From Azolla caroliniana (lineage: Eukaryota; Plantae; Polypodiophyta): DNA of 64,000 nt. Location: assembly GCA_043228905.1 (NCBI GenBank), contig JBHGNT010000022.1, positions 8,866,001-8,930,000 on the forward strand, read 5' to 3'. Positions 52,022-64,000 of this stretch are shown piece after piece; the stretch's first letter is position 1; each line of letters starts with the position of its first letter. The translations under genes were made by a program, and so were the position numbers. A model generated the notes under the pieces. The model was not told where the DNA came from and searched no databases. It was given only the letters and a program-made list of their open reading frames with translations.

Positions 52022-52271
52022 CGTGGTGAGTGGAGAAATACTAGGATCATGTGCATGAAAAGTGAGAGTGGGGAGTGCATGAATGGCCTCTGGGTTGACA
52101 CCTTCGACAATGTCTATAATGTCGGGGTCGACGATATCTGTCGTGAGATGCGAAGCCAATGTTGCAAATGATGTGGCACACATGAGCATCACAACAATAA
52201 CATACCCACACGTTAGTAATGGTGGCATTAGTGTTATCGACGCCCAAAACCCTCCGATTACTACCACAATC
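52022..52271 (-). CDS. TM + RING-H2 E3 ubiquitin ligase, exon 2
   Basis: TTTTCAG| phase-2 acceptor, hydrophobic helix, GVNPEAIHALPTLTF (GLD-like motif), phase-0 donor |GTAAGT. Confidence 0.82.
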
Positions 52272-52899
52272 CTGAAAAGAACCCGACAAAACATATTTGA
52301 ATTCAAGATTATGTTTAGGGAAAAGCAAATTGGTATGCATCCCTAATGTTTTTTGCATTTACATGAGCATGCTCGTCAATTTTAAGAAACATTTGCCGGC
52401 ATAGACCATCTTTCAACGTAAAATAATTAATAGCAAATCAATTTAATGAGTTAACATTACCAAAATAAAACTATGAAAGAAAAACAAAAAGCCCATCGAA
52501 GAATGACACCATGCAAGAATTAAAATCAATTGAGGGTTTGTCTCGAGTTCAAATTTAAGACTTAAACGATACAAAATTTTAATTAAAAAGACAAGCTTGA
52601 TGATGGAATAAATCTCTATTGAGGTCGCCAAACAATTTTAAGTTAGCATATTAACAAAATTTGCTTGACAATTGAACTAATTTAATTTGATTTGGACTCA
52701 ATTAATGCACTAATGACCCATGATTACTCCATCAAAGACCTATTATAATTTATTATTGCACTAATAATTCAAGATTAGTAGATCAAAGATCCAATATTAC
52801 TACATTAATGACCAAAAATTAGTATGCTAATGACCTAAATTCAGTGCATTAATCACCCAAGGCTAGTGCATTAATCACCAAATTAATTGCTGTAATCAC

Positions 52900-53027
52900 C
52901 TCCAAAAAGCGACAATATTGGGGGGGTTGGATGATGCTGTGCCCCAATCACAAGACCCATTCCACAAATTGCCCATCAAAAACCCTGTAGTGATCACACA
53001 ATCCAAGGCTGTATGAACCTTATCCAT
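52900..53027 (-). CDS. TM + RING-H2 E3 ubiquitin ligase, exon 1
   Basis: MDKVHTALDCVITTGFLMGNLWNGSCDWGTASSNPPNIVAFW(R), resembling the ALDC..F..GN.W..SS..P.LYR segment of plant multi-TM RING-H2 proteins; phase-2 donor AG|GT; not in the ORF track. Confidence 0.72.
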
Positions 53028-56000
53028 ATTTCACAGGTACAGTATTATATAGTGATATAGTGTGTTAAATTTTCTGTAAGCTCTTTCCTAAAGTCTCAAA
53101 GCCTCCTCTTTTGTTTCCTAAATTCTCAAATCTCCTCTTTCTTTTCCTAAAGGTACTCCCCTAATCTTTAAGGCCCTTATATATATATATATACATATGT
53201 ATATGATAATGTCACACACATCATACTATTTACAAGTGGGAATTGTGAATACGAGGTAAAAGCCCACAACAAAGTCTCCTATATACCTAGTAAAACCAAA
53301 AACATTCGTCAATTAAAGACCAACTCAATTTGAGTTGCTTTTAATGACTTTACGAGAAATATAGTAAGGATGCAAAGACACTTGCGGGCGATTGATTGAC
53401 AATACAAACACATCCACGCACACAATGCAATTTGACCCCTAACATTTGAGGCTCCTCGCAAAGTCATATAGTGGATTTAGAAAACTTGTGGGCGCTTGTA
53501 TTGATCCACGATGCATGTTGACTTAGAGAAATTATTCAATTTCTATAATAATAATAATTTGGCCCCCACATCATTCATGTTAAGTTATTACGTATTGCCC
53601 CCCTTACTAGTCAATCTCTTTTATTTCTGTTTATGTTACATTGCACACATACACATTACATTACATTGCACCATTTTATTGCCTCTCCTCGTGATATCCC
53701 ACTTATTATACAATCTCTTTCATGGAGTCTCCAATTTGGCCATGTAACGTTGTTGTCATTGTACACAGTTAGTTACTACTGATGTCTCATTGTCGTATTG
53801 AAATAAAATTCGTCCCTTCATGCATTCAATAAGGTAGGTAGAAAGGTGCCATTGAATGTCATAAAACTAATGTACAAGAGAAAATTATATTTATTTGGGT
53901 CTATATAAGGTTCTATGGTATAAAGATTCATCCATTGTCTAGCTAGGACTAAGTTCCTTGAATTCATGTTATATAAATGAAAAGGAATAAAAAAATATGC
54001 TTGTCAAATCAAAATTTTCACATTTCAAAACACACATTAGGGTAGGGACCAGGGTAAATGAAGAAGCTTTTGTTGATATTTTGGTAGTTTGTGTATGTCA
54101 AGTAGATGAGAATGTAGTGAAATGCATGGCTATAAGGTTGAGATGTGGGTGGCTTTTATCTTTTATGTCTTTTTGTCCTTCCGAAGCTTCTCCCTCTTAC
54201 TGTGGTGGGTTTTGATGGGAACTTCATCTAGTCATCATCTCGTTGTTGAGTTCGACATATTACCTGACAAAGATATGCACAATGACATTGTGAAATATGC
54301 GGTTTACCATATGTAAACCCTCTATATGACCCAAATTAAAGAGCTATTTCAACGCCATCGTAATTAGTCAATTTTCCATGTAAAGTTAAATGCAACCTTT
54401 TTTATTCAATTTGTAAATGGTACACCATTTATATTTTCCCATTTACATGTAGTAAATCTTTAAAAAGCCACTTAGAAACAATCTCATATTGCGAAATGTT
54501 GTCTTGTTAGTAATTATTGTTGATGTCTCAACATATAAAACTACCTAAAAAGAGGGCAAATTGTTGGAACAGGGAATACATCTCCTTTGTAGAATGGCAT
54601 TTATGACAGTGGAACATCATGAGGTTTAGATGTAAAGTTAGTGACAACCTCATTTGTAACTTTTACAAAAGTATCGATGTGGTGTGACATGTTATTCATG
54701 GTTAATTTATTCCAAATATACCATTTTGAAAATGTCGATGATAATCATGCCATACCATTGTGAGATTTGGTTCCTTATGCGAAAAGTACTAGTTAAAATA
54801 TGTTATATTGTTTAGATACTTGGAATGTAAGAGTATATGTGAAGATACCAAAGTTATCTTTGGAAAGGATATGATGGAACTTTTGTAATGATATGTACAA
54901 TATAATGAAAATACATATAACTTTGCTTTTATATGAAAGATTAAATGTATGGAAAAAGCGTTAAGCATCTAATTGTGAGTCATGTGTAATATCTCTTTCA
55001 TTCATATCATGGGTAATATGAAGGATAGCCCTTGTAGCTTGGGAAATTTAATTTGATGATTTTGAACTTACACAAAAATCAAGCACAAATAGTCTATCTT
55101 CATTTTTTATGAAAGCATTTAACATAGATAATGACAAAGATCATGATCATTATTTCTCTTTATTCTCACAGATGTTGATCCCAGATAGCACATAAACACT
55201 AGGTTTGCTTGCAATGCACATGACCTATATCCCCACTATACCTATGCAATTCACATCCACTACTACATGTAGGGTATTATCGAAACCCTTTTTTCCTAGA
55301 ACATTTTGTTAAGCGAAACATGAATTTAATAACATTTCAAGATGTAAATGCATCAATAAACAATGGGGGTTAAAACTTGTCTCATAATCAGTGTTGCCTT
55401 TTGACGGCCGTTTTGAACGTTTTTGGCAAATTTAACCGTATATGAAAGTTAATTTTAAAATGAAACCGTCAATCTTGACGGGCATATGTTTTATGAAAAC
55501 GTAAAAATGAAGGCTTAAAATTTCATAATACCGTCAAATTTTACTAAGACCAATACTATAGTAGTATAGTCCTAGGTAGTAGGAACAAATTGTTCAAGTT
55601 GCATTGGAAGTGTAGGAATTTGAAAGGCTCACATATGTCACTATGTGTGTAACAAAAAGGTAAAAAAACTAATAGAGTCTAAATTATGAATCTTTACTTC
55701 CCAATTCCCCGTTTCCCCATCTAAGACCTTCCTTTCCCTTTTCCCCCCTTTTCCCCCTTTTCCCTGTTTGTTCGTTGCTCCCTCAGCCCTGCACCTTGCT
55801 GGAAGCTCGCAACTCAGTGCTCACTACCTACTCGAAGCTTGTTGCTCGTTGCCTGCTACTCATAGATTCAGCAACATCTCCTACAACAGTCCTGCTCACC
55901 CATCTAAGGTAGCTCTGTGTGTGTGTGTGTGTGTGTGTTTAAGATTAAAATAGACTAAACCATCCTCATTGAAGCAATAGGATCCTTAATGAATATATTT

Positions 56001-56193
56001 GCATGCTGCTCATATTTGCCTCACTTCCAGAAATAGATTGCAGAAAAAAGGATGTCTCTAATGTATCCTTACAGAGGATAAGCATACACATGAAGACTCC
56101 ATTGATACCTTCAATTCCTACAAAATGAATTTTACACCATAAAGTGTAAAAAAAAAACTGAAACCTCAAAAACTATCCCAAGATAAAACGTCT

Positions 56194-56762
56194 TTAAGCA
56201 GCTTCCTGTACAGGGTACTCGAACACTACTTCTTTTCCAGTTAGCTTCTTATAAGCAACACCAAAAGTCTCTAACTTATACTCAGTATTGTTCCTCTCCT
56301 TGGGGTCCAAATATACTCGCATTATACGTGAACCATCCAGACGGAAACAAACTCTTTTTCCCACAATCTCTGCTGGATAGACTAAATCTTCAAGAATAGC
56401 CTCATGAACAGATGTTAATGTGCGGCTTCTAGGACGAGCAGCAACTGTTCCCTTCTTGGGAGGCCTCATAATGCGCCTTGTCGCAATGAAAATAACATCC
56501 TTGCCACTGAATTTCTTCTCAAGTTCACAGACAAGACGGTTGTGAATTTTCTTGAAAGATTTCCTCAGTCTGTATGGCACATGGATTATGACAGCCTTCC
56601 TGCTTCCATTGATATCTATTTGCTTTGCAGAATTGATGAATAGATCCCTTAGGTCACTTCTTAGCTCCTGGTTAGTGTTCTCGAGATCAAAGCGAGCCTG
56701 TGCAACAGACTCTTCAAAATCATCGGGCTCGAGGCCTTTCTCCTTATGGATCTTCTTCTTCT
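56194..56762 (-). pseudogene. RPS7: Intronless 40S ribosomal protein eS7 copy lacking its start codon
   Basis: [83 protein letters not shown]; frame open, no in-frame ATG at the N-terminus. Confidence 0.93.
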
Positions 56763-57589
56763 TCCACCTACATCGTCTCTCTCTCTCTCTCTCTCTCTCT
56801 CTGGTATGAACTTTAGATAATAGAGGATCTTCTTCTTCTTCTGCCTGCGTCCTCTCTCTCTCTCTCTCTCTCTGGTATGAACTTTAGATTAATAGAGACT
56901 AATGTTTATTGTCTCAATAAAAATCAATAAAAATCAATAAAAATCCGCAACTTTTAACAATGATCCATCTCATCATATCAATAGTTATTTCCTATGGTTA
57001 GGAAATTACTACATATCCAACGTTGATGGCCAGAGCATTTTCCGACTCTATTAATGGCTAAATCATTCTTATATTTCCCTCTACGGAAATTTACAATGGC
57101 TTGCCTAATATCATTGTTGCTTTTGTTAACTACGAATGTTGCTCGTACTTGTGTCATGTTTTCTTCTTTTGATTGCACCTATGGTTCCTTGATGGTGTGG
57201 GATGATACACCTTCAAGCAATTTATTTTCCTTCAAGCAATTCGTTTTCCACCATCCGATCACTCACCACATTGTTTTGCTTTTCTTGAATTCTTTGTTCT
57301 CTCTTAGCTTCTTGGTTTGCTCTCTTGTCACGCCTTTTCTAGGCTTTCATTGGTTTTAGTTGTTGAGTTCTAGATGAAGTAGATATACCACCAAATTCTT
57401 TTACTAGTCCATCAAAACTAGTATTGCTGTCCTCTTTAAGGGCAAAAGTTTGGGAATTATATTCATGTAAAATCTCATTGCCCAACAGGTCATAACTAAT
57501 ATGTATGGGTTTAATGATGCTAGTGATTGTTTTGAACTGATGGTATGATCTTCTCTTACATGACCCATTTCTTCTTATTCAGAATAATT

Positions 57590-59830
57590 ATGGCTCCTAA
57601 AAGAAAAAACCAACGAACCATCAGTGCGATGTTTGCATGGAAACCACCCAACGATACCAATGACATAAATCTAAACAATGATTTAAATGAGGATATGGAT
57701 ATGTTTGGGACTGATTTAGAGAGTTTAACTCGAGAGAGTTGTTCCTCTAATATAACTAAAGAAAAGCCTAAGAGAAAATTCCGTGAAGCATGGAGAGATA
57801 AATTCCCATGGATAAGATGCATTGTGCAAGGAGACAAAACATTAATGAAATGTGCATGGTGTGAGAAATACGCTAGTCATGGGCCTTGGGGTCTTGGTTC
57901 TGGATGCATTACTTTGCAACTTGATGCAATTTTGACCCATGTCAACTCAAGTGGTCATAAATTATGTGCATCAAAGTGGATATGTGATGTTGAAGGGAAA
58001 GCAATGTCCATCCCAAAGCATGTATCACAATTGGATGATATTAACAAAAATAAGGTCATAACAACAATGAAACTCATGTACTTTATTGCAAAAAAAGATT
58101 TGTCTATCGCTACATACCAAGAATTATGTGATTTGGTTGTGCTACTAGAGGTGCCTAATATGCCTAAGCAACATGATTATATATCTTATACTAGTAGATA
58201 TGGGGGATATGAATTTTTGGTTGCCTTCGGGAAATATCTTCTAGAAATTCAAAGCTCAAACCTAATAAATTCCCCATACTACTCTTTGATGCTAGATGAA
58301 AGTACTGACAATGGATTAGAGTTGCATCTCATTATGTATGTTACATATTTGCAATGGGGTGGTTGTGGGCCTAAGCAAACTGAATATATGGGTTTGCTGA
58401 AAATTCCCAATGGTAAAGGTAGAACTATATATGAACATGTTAAGCATCTATTAGGCGATCGATGCCTCAACATGAACAAGTTGATCGGATTGGCAACTGA
58501 TGGTGCATCATCAATGATTGGTAGTGAAATTGGAACAGTAACATTAATGAAAAATGATATCCCAAATTTGGTTGGTGTACATTGTATTGCTCATAGAGAA
58601 GCATTGGTTATTTCAGATGTATCTAAAGATATCCCTGAGCTCATTCTTGTAGAAAAAATTGCAAATAAGGTATATGCATGGGCTAACAATAGTACCAAAA
58701 GGACACATGAAATTTTAGAGCTCTTGGAACAAATGCAATTGGATGCTCATAGACCATTACAAATTCATAATATTCGTTGGTTGTCACGTGGTCAAGTCAT
58801 GGAAAGACTAGTGAGTATAATGCCTGCAATACTTACTATTTGGAAGAAAGAGAACTTAAACGAGTGGTATAATAAAGCTTGTATCTATAGTGTGCAATTT
58901 TGCTTTTGTATGATGGTTGATGTGTTGCATTTGATGAATATCTTGAGCTTGAAACTTCAAAAAGAGAATTTGGATGTAACTTCAATTGGTGCAAAAATTG
59001 ATATTACAATTTCTAATTTGCGGAGGTCTTTCTTGAGAAATGACACATTTGCGGATGGAACAATGTATTTATCCAAGTTCTTAAGATGTTCTAAAGTTGG
59101 GTTTTTGGAAATAGAGGATAAAGATGGCGTTACATATAGACATGAACTATACTTCAAACAAATTCCTATGGATAAAGCAAGTCAAAATGATCCAAATCCC
59201 AATATTGCAAAATCTAAGGGAATGAGGCCATTTATAGATGGATCACTTGAAAGTTGTATTAAACTATCTCAAAATTATGTGCAAAATGTTATTGATGGAC
59301 TAAATGCAAGATTCCCTGACTTAAGCCTCTTCAATGCAGCAAAATTATTCAGCCCATGCCATTATGCAAATGATGATGTGATTAGGGATAGTAAAGCAAA
59401 GACATGGTTGGGAATTTTGATTTCTCACTTACAGCCAAATGTTGATGTCAATGCATGTCCTCAAATTTCACATGATGCAAAGGCTTGTGAAATGGAACTC
59501 TATAGGTTTGTTGACACTTTACGTTTAAATTGTGAAGGCTATACTATGCATGAAGCTTGGCGTATGTTTTGCAAAATGAAGGATTAGCAAGATAGTTTCC
59601 CTCATTTGATGAAATTATGGCAAGCTACTTTGGTTATTCCTTCTAGCACAGTTTCGTGTGAGAGAGGGTTCTCTAAGCAAAATCTCATCAAAGAGATGAA
59701 AAGAAATCGATTGAATATAGAGCATTTAGATGATTTAATGCGAGTCTCATTGAATGGGCCACGCATTGAAGAAATACAATGGGATCGTGTACATGAAATT
59801 TGGAAAGATGCAAAGGATAGAAGGATATAA
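57590..59830 (+). pseudogene. hAT transposase (ZNF862/DUF4371-like with hATC dimerisation domain), single nonsense codon at 59585-59587
   Basis: MAPKRK, C..C..H zinc finger, SLMLDESTD, ATDGAS.M.G, HCIAH, IRWLS, then in frame after TAG: IPSSTVSCERGFS..RNRL. Confidence 0.92.
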
Positions 59831-60007
59831 TATATTGTTTCGTACAAATATTCGATGTATTTACTTTTTGAAGGGCATTTTTTTTGACAAACCGTCAATT
59901 TGACGGGCAAAAATTTTGGAATACCGTTCTCATGACAGGCAATGTTAGCCGTCAAAAGGCAACACTGCTCATAATGACACATAAAAGGGGGGATTTTTTA
60001 GGAGGTG

Positions 60008-60038
<31 letters not shown>

Positions 60039-61112
60039 TTTTATTATCGTCTTTAGAGGTCCAATATGACCTATGAGACCAAAAATATTACATTTCACAT
60101 GATACATGTGAAAGTGAGTAGCGACTCTCGATGCTTAAGAACTTTACCAATGAATGTTGCAATCGAGAGTGCACATTGTGGTTGTGAGATAATTACATGC
60201 AAGTATTGGGCCTGGTCAAAGATGCGTGGAAAGCATGATCAAATACATAGATTGACACATGTGTGATATTCGTCATATTCTCCATACGTGATATTCGCAA
60301 TATTCGAGAATACAAAATGACCCCAAAAATATTATAAAACCATTCGTTTTGCAAAATAAATATACAAAATATTAATTAATTCATTTTTTTATTTAAATAA
60401 ATTTAATTCACTAAAAAAAGAACAATCATTCATTAATAGATTATAAAAATATGATTAGTATTAACTCTCCTTTATAGTGTCAAATAAAAAAGGGGAATGT
60501 TTATGAACCTTTTTTTAATTAATTAATTTTAAATAAAACAAATATTTTTATATTTATTATAAAAATATGATTAGTGTGAAGTCCAATTTTTAATGTCAAG
60601 ATAAAAATATCCATAAATTTTGAGAGAAGAAAAAGTGAGGAATTAATGACCCTTTATTTTATTTTTTTTATTTATTAAAAATAAAACGAATACTTTTACA
60701 TTTATTATAAAAATTTATTAGTGTCAAATCCCTCTTTTAATGTCCCTTTTTATTGTTAAGTCCCTTTTTTGTATCCTAAGAAACTAAAAGAGGGAGTTAT
60801 TGTACTCTCCCTTTTTTGGGGGTTAAACGAATACTTGATCATGCATTCGTATACGTATTTGTTTGCATTAGAATGGGAAACCCCACGGATGCGAATATGT
60901 CAATCTATAATCGAATATGATCAAAGGCAAAGCATTGTATCAAAGTGTGATACTCATACTCTTGAACTAGTTTTGATCAAAGTGTGCATAGTTGACCACT
61001 CTCATCAGTTGTGCCCCAACGCCCCACCTCACATCGCAATGAATGTGAGCTAAGTCACATGGAAACAATTGTTCGAATGGCAAACAATAGAATGGGCTCT
61101 ATACATCACATG

Positions 61113-61116
<4 letters not shown>

Positions 61117-61152
<36 letters not shown>
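61117..61152. repeat. (GA)n microsatellite; others at about 2874-2922, 6355-6421, 9188-9235, 56776-56802 and 60014-60038
   Basis: Direct reading of the sequence. Confidence 0.95.
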
Positions 61153-61155
<3 letters not shown>

Positions 61156-61394
61156 ACGGCTTAGAGAAAGAGCACGCACAACCAAAAGGGACTTCAAAAA
61201 CTATTTTTGATGTACCTTTTTTTGCGAAGCTTGCATAGAGAGTGTAAAACGTTAGGGCACATATCATTTGGTGGTTTCTATAAAACGTTACAAGTAAAAT
61301 TGACATTCGATTGTATGCATCTCATGGTCGCTTGCTTTGTTTCCTTCTCCAGCAAAATTACTTGTAAGTAAGCTCTCTCATATTTTTTTCCATA

Positions 61395-64000
61395 TGGATA
61401 TTAGTGTTTTCATGAATATAGATGATTCTTCAAACTCCTCAAAGGATGCATGTAAGGTTGAGTCAATATCGAGTCCAAGTGGGGATGGTAAAAGACAACG
61501 ATGTATTGGAGATAATAGTAATGAAATGTCTTATGGTAATGTAATGCAACAAGATGATATTGAGAAAGATGATAGTCATCGGGAACATTTAAGATGCATG
61601 AAAATTATACTAGTGGAAGATTGTATAAGGGAGAATGTAAAAGTTGTTGAGGAGTTTGTTGATGATGAAGTGGCTAAGGTAGAAATAGACAATAAGGAGT
61701 TTTTGGGCTCATTTGCTAAAATTTTAAAAGATACCTTTCCTTTGGAGGGTTAAACAATGGTTACATGAGATTTTACAAGTTGATTGTGTTCAAGATGTTT
61801 ATGTCGGTCCTCATGGGTATGAGGTTGTTTTGGTATCACAAGAGTATAAAGAGAAATTACTCAATAAATTGCCTATTTTTTATTAGAAAAGTTTGGTTCA
61901 TATTGTTCCGTGGAGGACACTAGTGGAATATCAAGATATATTAAAGCAAAAGTGTCCTATATGGGTTGAGGTAGAGTGCACTTATTCAGTGGTCTGGCCA
62001 ATATTACGAACAACAATAGAAAAGTTGGGAAAGATCTTGGTGCCTCCTAGTGATAATGCTCAAAATTGATATCGGATGTGTATTCTTTGGAATACTACTA
62101 TAAAGAGGCCATGTTGTTTACAAATTGCATGCTCTGGTATGCCTCCTATTTATTTTCGTCTTAAATGGGGTACATTTGCAAGACATTGTTTCCATCATGG
62201 TGTGTTGGGGGCCGAGGCATTTTATGGCCTAGGAAGAGCCTAAAAAGCATTATCAGATTCAAACTGACAATTTTAGCACAAATAAAGGAACCACAAATTG
62301 TGAATGGCATGGATGGAAAGGCTCTAGAGGATGAAGGGCAATGGTCAATAGTTTCTGGAAAGATGAAGAAGTTTCATAAGAATGTTGGGCATAATGTATC
62401 GATGGAGAAGGTAACACTGATTCAATAAACAAATTCCATGCTGAATAGACCATGGGGTCATCAAGAGGACTATCCAAAGAAATTGTCTTTTGATGATAAA
62501 GGTAATTTGTATGTTCCTTGGAATAAACGAAAACTGGTGCCTCATTCACATGAGGAGCCATCGGGGTCTAGAGTTTTGCATTCCCATAGTAATTCGTATG
62601 CAATCTTAGGGGATTTATTCCACGATATGGCAGAAACATTAGCAGTGAAAGAGAAGGAGATTTCTCGAATTAAAGGGGAAAATAAAGTATGAAGATCACT
62701 ACATGGAATGTGAAGGGATTGTGTTTTAGATTTAGAATGCATGAGGTTTAAAGGATTGTGTTAAGTGAGAGATGGGATGTTTTATGTGCAATAGAGCATA
62801 AAGATCATCGTAATGCTGGATTAATTAGTTATTCTAAGAGTTATACATTATGTTATGCTTGCAATATTCATGGAGATTATTCTGGGATTGGCATGTTCAT
62901 AAGTGATAAATTTCACCCAAAAGTAATTGCGTAAAATGAATTTAGAATTATCGTGTTAGAGATATGTTATTAAGGGTAAGTTCTTTGGTTAGTTGTCACA
63001 TATGCATCAAAAGTTTCACAAGAACGAAAGTTGTTATGGAGATCTCTAAATTCAGTGCTTGATAATGGTAGACCGGGTTTATTGATGGGAGATTTTAATG
63101 TTTGTTGTGAGACCGATCAATCAACATCTATCCACTCTATTATGGATGGACTAGAGGCTCAAGAATGGGGAGATTTTGAGACTCAAGTCATGTTAAGGGA
63201 TGTATGGAAATGGATCAAGGGAGATGAACGTGGTCATACCTTTCAATCGACTCAAGATAAGGATACTTGGAGTAGGTTGGATTAAATGTATGTAATGCAT
63301 ACCGAAGGGTTTTTACTAGAGATTTTGGATATTTCAGTGTCTTATGTGTCAATTATATCAGATCATTTCCCATTAATTTTTGAATTCAATCGCCATTCAA
63401 TTAGAGCTTTTCATGAGTTTTTAGGAAAATTGTCGTTGATTTTTAATTCCTCAATTTTGGATCATGAGGTCTTCCATGCCTATATGTGTCAATTGATTGA
63501 TGCATTTCCTTATTGTGTTCAATTTAATGGGTATGAAGCGTGGGAAGTATTTGTTGCAAATGTTCAGAGGTTAACTAGGTATTATGGAATTCACCATGCT
63601 TTTAAAAGGAGAAAGAAATTAAGTCTCCTAGTTCATTTGCTTGATAAATACAACTCATTGTTAACTTATTGGCCAACAGATGTAGAGTTGATGGGATATC
63701 ATGAGGTATTAATTTCTGTGATTCATGATCTTACAACGAAGACAAGAAATGGAGGTTGTTAATTGTCAATCACATAAGTTTTTTCATGACCTTCATGAAT
63801 CACATGCACGACATAATGTGGTAAGGTTAGAGGAAAATGGTATCATGTGTTCTAATCCTCAAGAAATTGTGAAAAAATGCATAGAATATTATACACAATT
63901 GTTGGATGTACAAGTGTGTCTCAATGATAATGTTGAAAAGGATAGAGAGGTATTTTTTAATGGAGTGAAAAATCATGTATCACAATCATTAGATGCTAAT
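61395..64000 (+). mobile_element. Decayed L1/Tx1-like LINE: ORF1 remnant and ORF2 APE endonuclease, runs off the window
   Basis: ORF2 starts at 62689 MKITTWNVKGL, overlapping the ORF1 stop (ATGA); GDFN, SRLD and SDHFP motifs; ORF1 VPW..PIWVE..LGK motif. Confidence 0.88.

Larger units (their letters stand above)
55389..59967 (+). mobile_element. Complete hAT DNA transposon carrying an RPS7 copy
   Basis: Perfect 20-bp TIR CAGTGTTGCCTTTTGACGGC (55389-55408, 59948-59967), 8-bp TSD CTCATAAT, subterminal CCGTCAA/TTGACGG motifs. Confidence 0.96.

Noticed and set aside
56194-56580. Functional 128-aa RPS7 gene
   Set aside because: Track start is an internal GTG; the true N-terminus has no in-frame ATG and conserved residues are substituted
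60270-60920. Possible MITE with CGAATA/TATTCG motifs around an AT-rich core
   Set aside because: Could not define TIRs or a TSD by eye

Overview
Eukaryotic, land-plant-like genomic DNA; a non-seed plant is inferred from the Tcn1/Tf1-like and Phygy-like Ty3/gypsy lineages and a plant-type eS7/RPS7. Bases 1-47.9 kb are a dense nest of LTR retrotransposons: several Ty1/copia, at least five Tcn1-like chromoviruses, one tRNA-Trp-primed non-chromoviral gypsy and one iMet-primed chromovirus, plus solo LTRs, a pogo/Tigger transposase and a related MITE. Most boundaries are supported by TG..CA ends, TSDs, PBS and PPT. Bases 50-53 kb hold a three-exon host TM + RING-H2 E3 ligase gene, two exons of which the ORF track misses. 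At 55.4-60.0 kb is a complete hAT element (20-bp TIRs, 8-bp TSD) carrying an intronless antisense RPS7 copy. A decayed L1-like LINE runs from 61.4 kb off the window end. The strongest signal is a shared LTR design in the Tcn1-like families: (i) an antisense tRNA-like A-box/B-box module with fixed 43-44 nt spacing at the start of U3, and (ii) a co-varying self-primer/PBS pair 32-33 nt after TATA instead of a tRNA PBS. All coordinates were read by eye and may be off by a few bases.
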